Shown one piece after another: positions 62,796-64,000 of a stretch of DNA of 64,000 nucleotides; the stretch's first letter is position 1; the number at the start of each line of letters is the position of its first letter. The position numbers and the translations under genes are program-made. The stretch is taken from the NCBI RefSeq assembly GCF_963853765.1, contig NC_088861.1:11718001-11782000 (forward strand). The letters are read 5' to 3'. Under the pieces are notes generated by a model. The model was not told the DNA's origin. It ran no database searches and was given only the letters and a program-made list of their open reading frames with translations. The stretch is from Magallana gigas (taxonomy: Eukaryota).

Positions 62796-64000
62796 CTTCT
62801 ACTTCCAAATGCTCAGTCAACGACTGGACTTCTTCGCTGAAGCATCGGACAGTGGTATAGTTTTATAATATGTTACATTAGATTATATTATAGCATACTT
62901 CTTCATATTTGGACTGTCCTTGCATAATTATATCAACCCACGGGCTGTTTTTTTTTTTGGATAGAACATGTGATTTGTCATTTTGGACTTTCCACTAATG
63001 TGTGTCCGATAAACTACGTTTAGTCAGGCAAACTCATCGTTTGATGGAATGTACATCGGGTAGCAACATTTAAAATTTTCATGCATTTTATTCTATTACT
63101 GGTTAATATGCATTACTTTTGGGCATCTCCAACATTGACGCGGCATGTAAGCATGTTTAGCATTTAAAGGTGATTTGATATTTGAGGACCCTGCGAACCA
63201 AAACACAACTGAGCCATTTCCTGTCAGGCATTGCTATAAAATTCGAGACTTAAATCTATTTATCTTGCTAATGCTTCTAACATAAAGAAAGATAAGAAAT
63301 AATCACTTACACCACCGAAAAAATTATCTTTTCCCATGGTTTTAATCTCGAAGGCTATTTGAAGCCCATACAAGTTTATTAAAATGCTGCATTACCAACG
63401 TGTATACAACGATATTCATTTTGATTTGTTTTATATTAAAGTATTATGCTTTGCATTTGAACAGTTGAATCGAAGAAATTTGGAACAACCTACAATACAA
63501 ACACAAAACATATCATAGCCATAATAAGACATTCGTGAATTTTGTTTTAAATTCTTACACAAAAATTATTGGTAGTTTAATTCTTATTTCAATTTCAATG
63601 TTATGTTGTTTTTATAATGTTACAATACTTATATTATAAAATGAAGTTTAATGTATTCACTACTTACAATCTGTAAGTCAAAGAAACAGTCTAGAATATG
63701 CTACCTTGAAGATTACTCATCCGGGGCGCAAAACTATGTCAATGATTCATTAATAAAAGTCCATCACGGCAATTCAAACCTACATGAAAGGTATCTTTTC
63801 AATCATAAATTTAAAGAGTAATTACAATACATTTGCTCATTACAATTACTTGATAAAAAATTTTCACATGGCAAACTGTGATTATATATCTAGCATTATA
63901 CATGTATAAAGAACAATGTGGTTTACCTTGACAAGTTAAATGCATTCGTTCGATTAACAGCTGTGTGTATTGAATAAGTATCGAAGATCGCGAATCATCA

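Overview
AT-rich eukaryotic genomic DNA with spliceosomal introns and three N gaps. The repeat families (a Cg170-like satellite in a Helentron-type element, Crypton palindromes, Kolobok-type MITEs) point to a Crassostrea/Magallana-like oyster; this is inference. From left to right: (1) a decayed Gypsy pol/LTR remnant (0.35-2.1 kb). (2) A two-LTR 8.7-kb Ty3/Gypsy element (3308-12022; ATGA TSD, tRNA-His PBS, gag, -1 frameshift pol) with a third, env-like ORF carrying a transmembrane anchor; all its ORFs are disrupted. (3) The 3' exons of a diverged TULP4 copy on the + strand, ending at 15859. (4) The main find, almost invisible in the ORF track: a minus-strand tandem array of at least five paralogous multi-exon genes (E 19686-22019, D remnant ~37750-37926, C 44756-46863, B 51869-53162, A 61540-62795). 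They encode ~160-190-aa secreted proteins: signal peptide, galaxin-like dicysteine repeats, a linker and a basic terminal peptide, with conserved exon sizes and phases. (5) Interleaved mobile DNA: an intron-containing tyrosine-recombinase Crypton with a 160-bp terminal palindrome plus a mini-derivative, Penelope/Naiad-like 3' remnants, TTAA MITEs, a mariner derivative and a foldback MITE in a young tandem duplication. All translations and alignments were done by eye; no database searches were run.
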